DNA of 64,000 bases, taken from an uncultured delta proteobacterium (GTDB lineage Bacteria; Myxococcota_A; Polyangia; Polyangiales; JAFGIB01). Where the stretch lies: positions 864,001-928,000 of the forward strand of contig CAVZVA010000009.1 of assembly GCA_963778655.1 (NCBI GenBank), given 5' to 3'. The notes beneath the pieces are model-generated. The model was not told where the DNA came from and made no database searches. It saw nothing but the letters and a program-made list of their open reading frames with translations. The stretch's first letter is position 1. Every line of letters starts with the position of its first letter. A program made the translations under genes and the position numbers. Below, piece by piece: positions 19,566 to 29,498 of the stretch.

Positions 19566-20609
19566 ATGCGCTTGGTTGCCCTCATTCCAGATCGCTTGAT
19601 GCACGGTCCGCGCCGCGCGTTTGTCGACGTCCTGCGGCGCTTCCCGAGGGTGGGCGCGTTGCCCTCGGTGCGTCGCATGATCGTTCATCCGTACCTGTAC
19701 ACGGATGTGACTTACGGCGGGACGCTCAACATCATGCGCCACTGTGCGCTGGCGCGATCGCTCGGCGTGGACGCGGCTCTCGCCACGCCCAGCGGCCGCG
19801 ACACGTACGGCTCCTTCAATATCGTCGACTTGCCGTTCATCCGCTGGCGAGACCGCCGACCCGACGACGTCTGCTTGGTGCCGGATTTTGCCAGCGCGTT
19901 GATCGATTCGATCGAGGGCCCAGTCATCGTGTACCTACAGGCGCCGACGTTGTTGCGCGCGGACTTCGGCTACCTGGACCCGCGGGTGCGGCTGTGGACG
20001 GACTCACCGTTCATGCTGGAGCGATGTCGCGAGGTGTTCCCCGGCAAGGAGATCCCGATCGTGCCGAACATCGTCGACGACAGGACATTTTCCTTTCGCC
20101 CCCAGTCAGAGCGAGAGCAGGGATTGGTGTTCGCATTCCCGCGCAAGGGACCCGACTTCATCGAGGCTACTCGCGCGGCGTACCGAAGGCTCGGTGGCCA
20201 CTTCTGGCGCTTCGAGCTGATCGACGGCCTGACGCTGCAGGAGCTTGCGCGGGAGATGACGCGTCCTCAGGTATTCCTCGCGTCGGCCGAGGTGGAAGGC
20301 TGCGCGCTGCCACCCCAGGAGTCGATGGCGGCGGGTATCGTGGTGGTCGGCAGGTCGGCGCGCGGGGCCAACTTCGCGATGGAGCACGGCAAGACTGCGA
20401 TGGTCGCCGAGACGCCTGAGGAGGCCGCCGAGTCCCTGCGCCGGCTCGAAGACGCTACGTTGCGCGACACCATTTCGCGCAATGCCCACGCGTTTATTCG
20501 ACGCTACTTTCCAGAAGGCGAGCCGACCGATCTCTGGCGCCAGACCTTAGCCGAGCTCGGGTTTCCCGCTTGCGAAGGACACCGCCCCGCGCAGCCTGTC
20601 TCTGCGTAG
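19566..20609 (+). CDS. GT-B fold glycosyltransferase
   Basis: YGG near the N-terminus, FPRK and EGCALPPQESMAAG (E-x7-E). Confidence 0.8.
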   Translation: MRLVALIPDRLMHGPRRAFVDVLRRFPRVGALPSVRRMIVHPYLYTDVTYGGTLNIMRHCALARSLGVDAALATPSGRDTYGSFNIVDLPFIRWRDRRPDDVCLVPDFASALIDSIEGPVIVYLQAPTLLRADFGYLDPRVRLWTDSPFMLERCREVFPGKEIPIVPNIVDDRTFSFRPQSEREQGLVFAFPRKGPDFIEATRAAYRRLGGHFWRFELIDGLTLQELAREMTRPQVFLASAEVEGCALPPQESMAAGIVVVGRSARGANFAMEHGKTAMVAETPEEAAESLRRLEDATLRDTISRNAHAFIRRYFPEGEPTDLWRQTLAELGFPACEGHRPAQPVSA

Positions 20610-20611
20610 CC

Positions 20612-21763
20612 CTATCCGCCTAGCACGGCGCGCACAGCCGCGACCACGCGTTCCACTTCGCCGTCGGTGAGCTTCGGCGTCAGCGGGAGCGACAGCGTGT
20701 GCTCACCCACGAAGTAGGCGTTCGGAAACTGCTCCGCTCGAAAACCCCATCGCTCGCGGTAATAGGGATGCGTGTGCAAAGCGCGGTAGTGTACTCCCGC
20801 GCCAATGCGTCTCTTGTGCAACTCGCCGATCAGCTCGTCCCGGCCTACCGGAGCGTCGTCCGTGACCAACAGCGTGTAGAGGTGCCGCGCGTGGACCGTG
20901 TCGGGCTCGACTGCCGCCGGCCGCACCACGGGCAAGCCCGCGAAGGCCGCGTCGTAGCGCTCCCAGATTTCCTCGCGGCGTTTCAGCCATCCTTCGAGCT
21001 TGGGTAGCTGAACCAAGCCGAGCGAAGCCGCAATGTCGGTGAGATTGTACTTGAAGCCTGGAAAGACGACGTCGTAGTGTTTGTAGCCCTTGTCGGAGAA
21101 CCGACTCCATGCGTCGGCCGACAACCCGTGCAGTCCATACACCCGGATTTTTTCGGCCAGCCCGGGATCGTTGGTCGTGACCATTCCGCCTTCCCCGGTC
21201 GTCATGTTCTTGGTCACGTAGAAGCTGAAGCAAGTCAAATCGCTGATCGATCCAACCTTGCGCCCCTTGTATCGGGTTTCGATTGCGTGGGCGGCGTCCT
21301 CGATGACCAAGAGATCGTGCTTGCGCGCGATCGCACGAATCGCGTCGAGGTCGACTGGGCGACCTGCGAAATGTACCGGAAGTATCGCCCTCGTGCGAGG
21401 CGTGATGGCGGCCTCGATTGCATCCGGGGCGATGTTCATCGTATCGCGCTGGCAGTCTACGAACACCGGCGTGGCGCCGGTGTGGATGATGGCGTTCGCG
21501 GTCGCGCAGAACGTCATTGGCGTCGTGACGACCTCGTCGCCTTCGCCGACGCCGGATACCACCATCGCCAAGTGGAGGGCTGCAGTACAGGACGATACGG
21601 CGACGGCATGCCGCGCCTCGACGTACTGGGCGAAGGCGGTTTGAAACTCGTGCACACGCGGACCGGTGCCGATCCAGCAGGTCTCGAGGGTCCGTGTCAC
21701 CGCGTCGATCTCGGCTTGACCGATGATCGGGCTGCCAAATACGATATAGGGGTCGTCGTTCAT
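20612..21763 (-). CDS. DegT/DnrJ/EryC1/StrS sugar aminotransferase
   Basis: SSCTAALHL, PVHFAG, EDAAHA, SFYVTKNMTTGEGG, LSLPL. Confidence 0.95.
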   Translation of the reverse strand: MNDDPYIVFGSPIIGQAEIDAVTRTLETCWIGTGPRVHEFQTAFAQYVEARHAVAVSSCTAALHLAMVVSGVGEGDEVVTTPMTFCATANAIIHTGATPVFVDCQRDTMNIAPDAIEAAITPRTRAILPVHFAGRPVDLDAIRAIARKHDLLVIEDAAHAIETRYKGRKVGSISDLTCFSFYVTKNMTTGEGGMVTTNDPGLAEKIRVYGLHGLSADAWSRFSDKGYKHYDVVFPGFKYNLTDIAASLGLVQLPKLEGWLKRREEIWERYDAAFAGLPVVRPAAVEPDTVHARHLYTLLVTDDAPVGRDELIGELHKRRIGAGVHYRALHTHPYYRERWGFRAEQFPNAYFVGEHTLSLPLTPKLTDGEVERVVAAVRAVLGG

Positions 21764-21835
21764 ATGACGCGTCCGTTGGCGGCCTAGTGTGCTACAAACC
21801 GGCCGCAGGCGCCACAGGCAACGGCGAGACATCGA

Positions 21836-23392
21836 ATGGCGCAAGTCAGCCTCGAGACCCTGGGCCGCAACGCGTGGGTCGGCGCCATGGCGGAGGTCTG
21901 GCGAATCGGCTCGCGCTTTCTGCTAACGCCGATTGTGCTGCACGCGATTGGATTGCGCGGCTACGGCACATGGTCGCTCGTGTTTTCGCTCACGACGTAC
22001 ATGTCGATGACGAACGCGAGCCTTGGAATCGCCTACAACAAGTTCACCGCCGAGTGCGTGCGGACCGGCGCTTATGATCGGCTAGCCCGTATCATTGGCG
22101 CTGGCATCGCAACGGTTAGCGCCGCGTCGTGCGTCGGATTGGTCGCCATATGGTGGATGGCGCCCGTCATCTTGCAGATGCTCCATGTGCCGGTCGAGTT
22201 GAGGGGAGATGCTCGCGTCGCGCTCGCGGTCGTGATGTCCGTGTTGGTCGCGCGAATGACCATTGGTTGCACGCTCGACGTGCTCGCGGGGCTTCAGCGC
22301 ATAGACCGTGCGCAACAGCTCAACGTGCTCGCCTCGGTCATCGACTTCGCGATTAGCGTGCCATTGCTGCTCCAGGGCCTGGGGCTGCGCGGAATCGCGA
22401 CTGGCTACGCGGTCGGTCAGGTCTCGGCATACCTCTTGGCCTGGTTCTTCGTGCGCCGCCTCGATCCGCGTATCGTGATCTCTCCGTTCAGCGCCACGTT
22501 GGAGGGACTGCGCGAGATCGTGAGAGTTGGCGGCCGCTTCCAGTTGCTCGCCGTCGTCAACACGACGGTCGCCGAAGGAATCCGGTTCTTGCTTTCGGTG
22601 CTGGTCGATCCCAGCGCGACGGCATTATACGACCTGGCCGACAAGCTGGTGAATCTGGGGCGCGCTCTTTCGGGCGCCGTTCTTGCGCCCCTTCTTGCGG
22701 CGTTCGCGGATTTGCAGGCGGGTGTCGACGTCGCGGCGGAACGCAACCTCTTCGTTCATGCTTCCAAAGCGGTCGCGATCGTGTCCGCGGCCACATTCGC
22801 TTACCTATCGATGTTTGCGAGCTCGGCGTTGCTGGCCTGGACCGGGACACCGGTCTTGCTCGCGGCGCACGCCTTGCAGGTGCTGGCTCCGTTCGAGATC
22901 GTCACACAGCAAACGGGGGTGGTTTCAGCCAACTTGCGGGCGCGTGGAATGGTGCGCATGGAGCTGACCTATGCCCTCATCGGTGCCGCCACACTGGTTG
23001 TGGTCTTGCTCATTGGGGCGCGGACGGAACCCTTCGAATCGGTGGTGTGGGGCCGCGTGATCAGCGAGGTCGTCGGCGTGGCCTGGTACCTGCGTGCATT
23101 CTTTCGCTATTCGGGAATGCGACCCAGGAACTGGTGGAACGACGGACGCTTTTCCGCAGTGTTGGTGTCGGTCGGCCTGACTGCCGTCGGCGTGGAGGTT
23201 TGCCGCCGAATTGTGCCCGCGCTGCCGTTGCATCTGACGCCACGCTGGCACGGGGTAGTGGATGTCTGTCTGTGGTCCGTGCCCTACGCGCTGTTGGTGG
23301 TTACCAGCACCTGGAAGATCGCCCTTGACGCGAGCGAGCGCGTGCGCCTGCGCGTCGCGATGGGACGCTGGTTGAGCCGGAGTGCCGCGTGA
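21836..23392 (+). CDS. wzx: Oligosaccharide flippase (Wzx/PST family)
   Basis: About 12-14 hydrophobic segments, LTPIVLHAIGLRGYGTW N-terminal pattern, EPS-locus context. Confidence 0.8.
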   Translation: MAQVSLETLGRNAWVGAMAEVWRIGSRFLLTPIVLHAIGLRGYGTWSLVFSLTTYMSMTNASLGIAYNKFTAECVRTGAYDRLARIIGAGIATVSAASCVGLVAIWWMAPVILQMLHVPVELRGDARVALAVVMSVLVARMTIGCTLDVLAGLQRIDRAQQLNVLASVIDFAISVPLLLQGLGLRGIATGYAVGQVSAYLLAWFFVRRLDPRIVISPFSATLEGLREIVRVGGRFQLLAVVNTTVAEGIRFLLSVLVDPSATALYDLADKLVNLGRALSGAVLAPLLAAFADLQAGVDVAAERNLFVHASKAVAIVSAATFAYLSMFASSALLAWTGTPVLLAAHALQVLAPFEIVTQQTGVVSANLRARGMVRMELTYALIGAATLVVVLLIGARTEPFESVVWGRVISEVVGVAWYLRAFFRYSGMRPRNWWNDGRFSAVLVSVGLTAVGVEVCRRIVPALPLHLTPRWHGVVDVCLWSVPYALLVVTSTWKIALDASERVRLRVAMGRWLSRSAA

Positions 23393-23394
23393 GC

Positions 23395-23997
23395 TCACTG
23401 CCTGCGGAGCAATTCTTCGCGCAAGACATGAGGTGCGCGCTGTTGAGACGACGTGATGACCGTCCGAGCAGGCACGTCCTTGCTGAGCACCACGCCCGCG
23501 TTGACCACTGAATCCTCGCCGACGGTGACGCCGCAGAGGACGATGGACCCGGCGCCGACGGAGGCCCCGCGCTCGATCACGGTCGGCTTGCGTCTCGTGC
23601 CCAACAGCCGAGCCACCGGTTTGTTCGGGTAGTCAATGCCCAGGTTGAGGTGCGTGATGATGATCGCACGCATGCCGATAGTGACGCTCTCTCCGATCAC
23701 GATTCGGTCGCTCAGGTCTAGGAAGACCTCCTTGCCAATATGTGCAGAACGCCCTACGGAAAGGTTCGAAAAGTTGCCTTGCGCCTCGTGCACCGTGATC
23801 CACGGGCCGATGGGTTTCGTCTCGGGATGGATATCTGCGCCGAAACGACGCAGCACTTCCTTGGTGATATCGGGCGATCCGCAACGCTTTAGGTAGTTCA
23901 CTACAGCGGACAACCCACCGTACCTGTAGATTAGCTCGGCGTCGGGATACTGGGTCGAGGCCCAGAGCTTGTATTTGATCCACTCGCTCAGACGCAT
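23395..23997 (-). CDS. Hexapeptide-repeat (LbH) O-acyltransferase
   Basis: IGESVTIG, ITH, GASVGAGSIVLCGVTVGEDSVVNAGVVLSKDVP. Confidence 0.85.
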   Translation of the reverse strand: MRLSEWIKYKLWASTQYPDAELIYRYGGLSAVVNYLKRCGSPDITKEVLRRFGADIHPETKPIGPWITVHEAQGNFSNLSVGRSAHIGKEVFLDLSDRIVIGESVTIGMRAIIITHLNLGIDYPNKPVARLLGTRRKPTVIERGASVGAGSIVLCGVTVGEDSVVNAGVVLSKDVPARTVITSSQQRAPHVLREELLRRQ

Positions 23998-24028
23998 GAC
24001 GGACGAGGTCCTCCTGGGTGCTCTGACC

Positions 24029-25141
24029 TTATGGAGCCCCTGACGGCAAACGACGTGTATTCGGATCGAGCAAGAGGTTCGCCACGCGCTCGCCGGCGTG
24101 GCCGTCCCCGAACGGATTGGGCCAGTCGAGGGTTCGCTTCAGCATGGTTTCGACGGCGGTTTCGAGCCGGCCGGGGCTCGTCGAGTCGCAAAGCACGTTG
24201 GCCCCCACGTTCACGGTTTCGGGTCGTTCTGTGTTTGCGCGCAGGGTGACGCACGGGACCCGCAACGTGCAGGCCTCCTCTTGCACGCCGCCCGAGTCGG
24301 TCAGGGCGACGCGCGCGGAGGAAAGCAGGCGAAGGAAGTCCAGGTAGCCGACCGGCTCGGTCAGAAGAAACGGCGGCCGCGAAAACCGTTCGCTGCCCGC
24401 CATCTTCGAAATGGTGGCGCGGGTGCGCGGATGCACCGGAAACACTAGCGCCAATCCGAGGCGCGCCGCCACCGAGCCAAGCGCTTGCATTACCGCTTCG
24501 AGACGCCCGGGGGAGTCGACGTTGGAGGGCCGATGCAGGGTGACCAATGCATATGGATGATCGGCGAGGCCCAGTTTCTCGATGACGTTCGAACGCGAGC
24601 GAGCACGTTCGGAATACAGCAGGGCTGCGTCGACCACGGTGTTGCCCACCACGTGCACGCCGCGCACGATACCTTCCTGCCTGAGGCGTTCCACCTGCAC
24701 GTCGGTCGGGCACAGGTGCAGCGACGCAAGTCTGCCTGCGACAACGCGATTGGCCTCCTCGGGCATGCTCCAGTCGTCGCTGCGGAGCCCAGCCTCGAGG
24801 TGCGCTATGGGCAGTCCGAGCTTGTGGGCAGCAAGTGCTCCGCCGAGCACGCTGTTCGTGTCGCCCTGAACCAAGACCCAACGCGGCTGCATGGCCGCGA
24901 GGGCTTCTGCCGTGCGAATGACGATTGTGCCGAGTTGCTGTGCGGGCGGCGCCGAGCCGACTTCGAGGTTGGCGGTCGGCGCCGGGAGACCCAGCTCCTC
25001 GAAGAAGATGGCGTCCAGCTCGTACGAGTAGTGCTGGCCCGTGTGGATGATCCCGAGGGGCGCTCCGCGGCGCACCAACGTGTCCACTACCGGTGCGACC
25101 TTGATCAGCTCAGGACGGGTGCCGACGACGAAGGCGATCAT
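24029..25141 (-). CDS. wecB: UDP-N-acetylglucosamine 2-epimerase (non-hydrolysing)
   Basis: GTRPELIK, HTGQHY, QGDTNS, HLEAGLRS, PEEANR, TDSGGVQEEA, NPFGDG. Confidence 0.95.
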   Translation of the reverse strand: MIAFVVGTRPELIKVAPVVDTLVRRGAPLGIIHTGQHYSYELDAIFFEELGLPAPTANLEVGSAPPAQQLGTIVIRTAEALAAMQPRWVLVQGDTNSVLGGALAAHKLGLPIAHLEAGLRSDDWSMPEEANRVVAGRLASLHLCPTDVQVERLRQEGIVRGVHVVGNTVVDAALLYSERARSRSNVIEKLGLADHPYALVTLHRPSNVDSPGRLEAVMQALGSVAARLGLALVFPVHPRTRATISKMAGSERFSRPPFLLTEPVGYLDFLRLLSSARVALTDSGGVQEEACTLRVPCVTLRANTERPETVNVGANVLCDSTSPGRLETAVETMLKRTLDWPNPFGDGHAGERVANLLLDPNTRRLPSGAP

Positions 25142-25684
25142 GGGGCGTAATCCTGGGTCGAATCCAGAACGATGTCAGCCGGTTGCGGACCTGTGGCGAG
25201 GTTCTGGCCTGTGCCCGTGGCGATTCTCGCTGGAGCGGCGGCCGGTCCGCAACCATCGCGTCGATGGCTCGCAGCGCGACCCGCCTCAGCGAAGACCGGC
25301 TGCGAAAGGCTGCCATCGGCGTCGCTATTGTGGCACAACAATTTTCACATGCTAGCGTGCGGACCGCGAACCAGCCGCGGAAATCGACAATCGCACGGCT
25401 GGCTCCAAGGACCCGAGTGCCCGGCGAAGATGCCGCAACAGCGACGCGCCCGCGGGCCGGCCGCTCGCGCCGCCCACGTTGCGGCGTTCGTCGCGCGCAG
25501 GGTATCAGCCGGCGCGCGGCGCCGACAGCACCTCGGTTCCAACGCGCTCCGGCGCAGCCACGGAGGACCGCTTCGCTGGCGGTCGGGGGGGGCCATCTCT
25601 GTCCGCAGGCGTCGAGTGTCTGTTGGGCAACGCCGCCAGGCGTGGTCGGACCAGCGCACGAAGATGGAACGCTGAAGCAGATCC

Positions 25685-27109
25685 GTGCAGCCTAATCCCA
25701 ACGCATTCGCATACATTGCCCTCGTCGCGTGGTTTCCGATCACGTTCGTGCTGTTCCATCGATTGCGGCCCGAGGTTGCCACGGCCTGCGCGATCATCGG
25801 CGGAACGCTGTTCTTGCCCGAGCGCACCCACATCGATCTGCCGCTCTTTCCCGATCTCGACAAGTCGACCATTCCCGCTCTGGCGGCGCTGGCCGGTTGC
25901 ATGGTGACCTCACGTGGCCGGCTCGCAGCCGCGAAGCCCTTCCGTGGCATCGATCGCTGGTACTGGTTGCTGGTCTTGGGAACCATCGGAACGTGGCTTA
26001 CGAATCGGGACCCCATGTTCGCGGTGCCGCCGAAACCCGGGCTGACCCCCTATGATGCTCTCAGCGACGTGCTGGCACATCTGGTTGTGGTGTGGCTGGT
26101 GTTCTTCCTCGGGCGGTCGATGTTCAGCAGTCTCGGCGATCTCGCGAGCTTCTTGCGCGTCGGCTTTCTTTTTGGGCTCGCGTACATTCCTCTGTGCTTG
26201 ATCGAGCTGCGCCTCAGTCCTCAGTTGCACAACTGGATCTACGGCTTCATGCAACACAGCTTCGGCCAAACCCTGCGCGGGGGAGGGTACAGGCCGATGG
26301 TGTTCATGGAGCACGGCCTCGTGCTCGCGCGATTCATGCTGGTCGCGACGCTTTCGGGCACGGCACTGACTCGCACGAAGCTGGTTGGTGTCCGCCTCAA
26401 AGTCGCCCTTTGGTTCCTGATCGTCGTGTTCGTCGCGCTCAAGAGCACCGGTGCAATCGTGCTCGGCGTGCTCTTCTTGCCGCTGGTCGCTTTCGCGAGC
26501 GTGCGAATGCAGCTACGGGTGGCGGTGGTGCTAGCGCTTCTGGTAGCCTTCTATCCGACGCTTCGTTCCACCGGGTTATTTCCGGTCGAGGACTTCCTGG
26601 AGCTAGCGTCCAAGGTCAGCGCGGAGCGTGCCCAGTCCTTGGGCTTCCGTTTCGATGAAGAAGATTCTCTGCTTGCCAAGGCACGCGAGAGGATGGTGTT
26701 CGGCTGGGGTGGCTACGGCCGTTCGCGCGTCATCGATCCGACCACGGGCCAGGACGTTTCGGTCACGGACGGCGAATGGGTGATCGTGCTCGGCGTGGGT
26801 GGTCTCGCCGCCTTCGTCGCCAGGTACGGCATGTACCTGGCTCCGGCGCTGCTCGTCGCTCGGAGAATGCGCCGCATTCGGGGGCAAAGGAGCAGGGTGC
26901 TGCTGGGAGCGCTCGCCCTGATCACCGTGGTGCTCGCCATCGACACCATCCCCAACGCTTCGATGGGCCTCCCGCACTTTCTGTGGTCGGGCGCGTTGTA
27001 CGGTAGCTTGCAGGGTGTCCTTCGACAGGATCGCCTCCAGCGGTTGCGGGCGCTGCGGGAACGGCGGGGAACTCCTGGCACCGCCGACCCGGTCGTCGCG
27101 GCCCGGTGA
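25685..27109 (+). CDS. wzy: Wzy polymerase / O-antigen ligase-like membrane protein
   Basis: Multi-TM, RLSPQLHNWIYG, YRPMVFMEHGL, KSTGA, FGWGGYGRSR; EPS context. Confidence 0.8.
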   Translation: MQPNPNAFAYIALVAWFPITFVLFHRLRPEVATACAIIGGTLFLPERTHIDLPLFPDLDKSTIPALAALAGCMVTSRGRLAAAKPFRGIDRWYWLLVLGTIGTWLTNRDPMFAVPPKPGLTPYDALSDVLAHLVVVWLVFFLGRSMFSSLGDLASFLRVGFLFGLAYIPLCLIELRLSPQLHNWIYGFMQHSFGQTLRGGGYRPMVFMEHGLVLARFMLVATLSGTALTRTKLVGVRLKVALWFLIVVFVALKSTGAIVLGVLFLPLVAFASVRMQLRVAVVLALLVAFYPTLRSTGLFPVEDFLELASKVSAERAQSLGFRFDEEDSLLAKARERMVFGWGGYGRSRVIDPTTGQDVSVTDGEWVIVLGVGGLAAFVARYGMYLAPALLVARRMRRIRGQRSRVLLGALALITVVLAIDTIPNASMGLPHFLWSGALYGSLQGVLRQDRLQRLRALRERRGTPGTADPVVAAR

Positions 27110-27207
27110 TCGTCGTGGTGGGCGGCCGCGCGTTCCGAGGCGCGGGCTTCTACATGACCGATCACGATTCGGGAACGGCCGTGTCGATCGGTCACGGAGT
27201 CGGCGCG

Positions 27208-27231
27208 ATTCCCTGACAAATTCCCTGACAA
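27208..27231. repeat. Perfect 12-bp tandem duplication ATTCCCTGACAA x2
   Basis: Seen directly in the wzy/tagA intergenic region. Confidence 0.9.
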
Positions 27232-27240
27232 GCAAAGGAG

Positions 27241-27384
27241 AAATCAGAGTTTGTGATTCGATCCCGAATCGCGAGCTCAGATTTAGTACCGCAGCCGGGA
27301 AGCCCGTCCGGGGCTTTTCGGTGGCTGCGATCGGCGAGGGAGTCTCGCGCGGTTCAGTGGGCACCTCGCGGCTTGGCCGCGAGG
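27241..27384 (+). other. Three consecutive stem-loops (structured RNA or terminator region)
   Basis: Hairpins at 27241-27284, 27290-27329 and 27364-27384; the first two use G-U pairs valid on the + transcript. Confidence 0.5.
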
Positions 27385-27434
27385 GCTGTGCCGGCGCGTG
27401 CCGCCCCGGTAACAACACAGGATTAGCTGCCAAA

Positions 27435-28181
27435 TTAGTCGCGTGGCGAACGCGCGATTAGCTCTCGCGACATGAGGTAGATGAACTGCGCATTCGTCAC
27501 CAGATACCGCTTCCAGAGCCGGCCCGGCTCCTGAGCCAGACGGAACAACCATTCCATACCCGCCCGCTGAATGAAGCCTGGAGCGCGTGCCCGCAGTCCT
27601 GCGAGCACGTCGAACGAACCGCCGACTCCGATCGCGAATGGTACTTCCAACACGTTCCAGTAATCGCGTAGGAAGTACTCCTGACGCGGCACGCCCATGG
27701 CGGCCACGAGTATCTTGGCCCCGCTCTGCGCAACGGCACGCGCACGGGCCTCGGCTTCACCCTCCCCGAAATACCCGTCCTGCACTCCGCCCAATATCAG
27801 CGCCGGATAGCGTTGCTTGAGGCGGCGGGCCACCTCCTCGACCACGCTCTTCTCCGCGCCGAGCAGGTAGACGCCCAGCCCCTCCCGGGCGGCCCTCTCG
27901 CACAGCTTGTCCACCAGCTCGACGCCGGCGACGCGTTCGGGTAACGGCAGGCCTACGGCCCGCGAGCTCCAGATCAGCGGCTGGCCGTCAGCGACGACAA
28001 TCGCCGCGCGGTCCACGAAGCGCTGCAGCTCGGGGTCGCGCCGCATCATCATCAGGATCGCCACGTTCACCGTGCACAGGTAGCCTCGCTGTCCTGTGCG
28101 GATCCGTTCGAAGACCAGATCCACCGTGTCTTCGAGCGTGATTGGGTGGAACTCGGCGTTCAGCAGGCGGACGATCTTCAT
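27435..28181 (-). CDS. WecB/TagA/CpsF family glycosyltransferase (GT26)
   Basis: TVN, ADGQP, ERVAGVEL, DGYF, MGVPRQE, GVGGSFD, EWLFRLAQEPGRLWKRY. Confidence 0.95.
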   Translation of the reverse strand: MKIVRLLNAEFHPITLEDTVDLVFERIRTGQRGYLCTVNVAILMMMRRDPELQRFVDRAAIVVADGQPLIWSSRAVGLPLPERVAGVELVDKLCERAAREGLGVYLLGAEKSVVEEVARRLKQRYPALILGGVQDGYFGEGEAEARARAVAQSGAKILVAAMGVPRQEYFLRDYWNVLEVPFAIGVGGSFDVLAGLRARAPGFIQRAGMEWLFRLAQEPGRLWKRYLVTNAQFIYLMSRELIARSPRD

Positions 28182-29338
28182 GGCATGAGGTCCATGCTCA
28201 TAAGCATGGCATCAATGAAGAACTTCGTTGCCCAGTTGGGAAACGTCAAGCGTGAATAGGCCCCCCAGACCGGTTGTGACCCCTTGATTGCCCCACGTAT
28301 GTTGGGGTCCGATGTGGCGATGTCCTGCGTTCTCATCGTGTAACGTAGGGAGGAGAGAGCCGATCGGCGAAAAAGCTCATCGTTACGCTGTCGATACAAT
28401 TTTATCCAAACGATCGCCATCTGACAGTTTCCTGTCAGACAGCAGTAGGTCGCGCGAGGATGTCCAGCCGTGTCGATCTCCCCCGGCAAGAACCCGTCGC
28501 CATGCAGGCGATAGGTCACCACGCGGGCGCTGTTCTCGGCCGCATCGCTATAGCGCTCGTCTGAGAGCAGCAGCCCCGATTCGAGCAGGCCGCGGATCGT
28601 GTAAGCGATTGTGTGAGTGAAAGGTGGCCGTCCGGTCTCGAACGCATTCTGCTCGTAGTAGCCGTTGCGTTGCTGCGACAGCGCCCAGTCGAGGTTGGCC
28701 CGACTCACGGCTTCGCGCTCGGGCGTGGCCTTGAGCCTATGCAGCCGTAGCAAGGCCCACGCGGAGCGCGTGTTGTACACATGAGGGATCCCGTTGTGGA
28801 CGCTGCGCGTCCAGCGACCATCTCCGTCGGCCACCCGCACCAGCCAGTCGCCGGCGCGTTCAGCCGCGTGCAAGAACGCGCTCTCGCCGGTTTCTTCGAA
28901 CCCACGCACGAGGCCGTGCAGGACCTGGCCCGTATCGAATACGATGCCTTGTTGTTCGTGGTAGGCAGGGTTGGAAATGGAGCCATCCGCGTTTTGAACG
29001 CGACATAGCCACTCGCAGACGCGCACGGCGCGCGCGCGATAGTCGGGCCGACCGAGTGTCGCTGCAAGGTCGAAGAACGTCTCCGCTATGTAGCCCGAGG
29101 TCTCGCGGTAGGACGGGCGCCAGCCACCGCGTAGCGAGTACCCATAGCTGACTCCGCCGTTCGCTCCCTGGTCGTGCGCGCGCAGCAGCCAGTCGATCGC
29201 CGTATCGAGGTGCGCACGGGGTGGACCGAGCGGACCGTCGGGCCCCAGCAGGTCGCGTTTGAGCAGGGGAAGAAAGGGAAGTATCGGAAGGTTCAAGTTT
29301 GTTTGCCAGATGGTTGGATAGGAACCGCGTTCTATCAC
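28178..29338 (-). CDS. (alpha/alpha)-barrel protein with prenyltransferase/squalene-cyclase-like QW repeats, function unknown
   Basis: WLCRVQNADGS and WALSQQRNG repeats, SYRETSGY, NWATKFFIDA; 4-nt overlap with the tagA-like gene. Confidence 0.7.
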   Translation of the reverse strand: MIERGSYPTIWQTNLNLPILPFLPLLKRDLLGPDGPLGPPRAHLDTAIDWLLRAHDQGANGGVSYGYSLRGGWRPSYRETSGYIAETFFDLAATLGRPDYRARAVRVCEWLCRVQNADGSISNPAYHEQQGIVFDTGQVLHGLVRGFEETGESAFLHAAERAGDWLVRVADGDGRWTRSVHNGIPHVYNTRSAWALLRLHRLKATPEREAVSRANLDWALSQQRNGYYEQNAFETGRPPFTHTIAYTIRGLLESGLLLSDERYSDAAENSARVVTYRLHGDGFLPGEIDTAGHPRATYCCLTGNCQMAIVWIKLYRQRNDELFRRSALSSLRYTMRTQDIATSDPNIRGAIKGSQPVWGAYSRLTFPNWATKFFIDAMLMSMDLMP

Positions 29339-29498
29339 ACCCGCTTCGGGCCACCCTTAGCCCAGCCGCGGAGGCTCCGCAAGCGATGCCATCGCGCGGC
29401 TAGCGACGCGCCGTGCTCGCCGTCGTCTCGGGTCGGCGAAGCACAGGCCACGCGGGGGCCTGAGGCGCTTGGAGCGCACCGGACTGCACGGCTTGGCG

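Noticed and set aside
18203..20419. Long alternative-frame ORFs (this one, 50556..52172, 42332..43792, 6521..8017 and many others)
   Set aside because: Arg/Ala/Pro-rich shadow frames overlapping well-supported genes, as expected in high-GC DNA.
25331..25347. Sigma-54-like TGGCACAACAATTTTC upstream of wzy
   Set aside because: Good -24 box but no GC at -12, and it is about 340 nt from the start codon.
27253..27426. Small ORF after an AAAGGAG SD-like sequence
   Set aside because: SD spacing is long, the start is buried in a hairpin and the peptide has no recognisable features.
28178..29338. Terpene (hopanoid) biosynthesis gene
   Set aside because: Too short for a squalene-hopene cyclase, no DXDD motif seen and no isoprenoid genes nearby.
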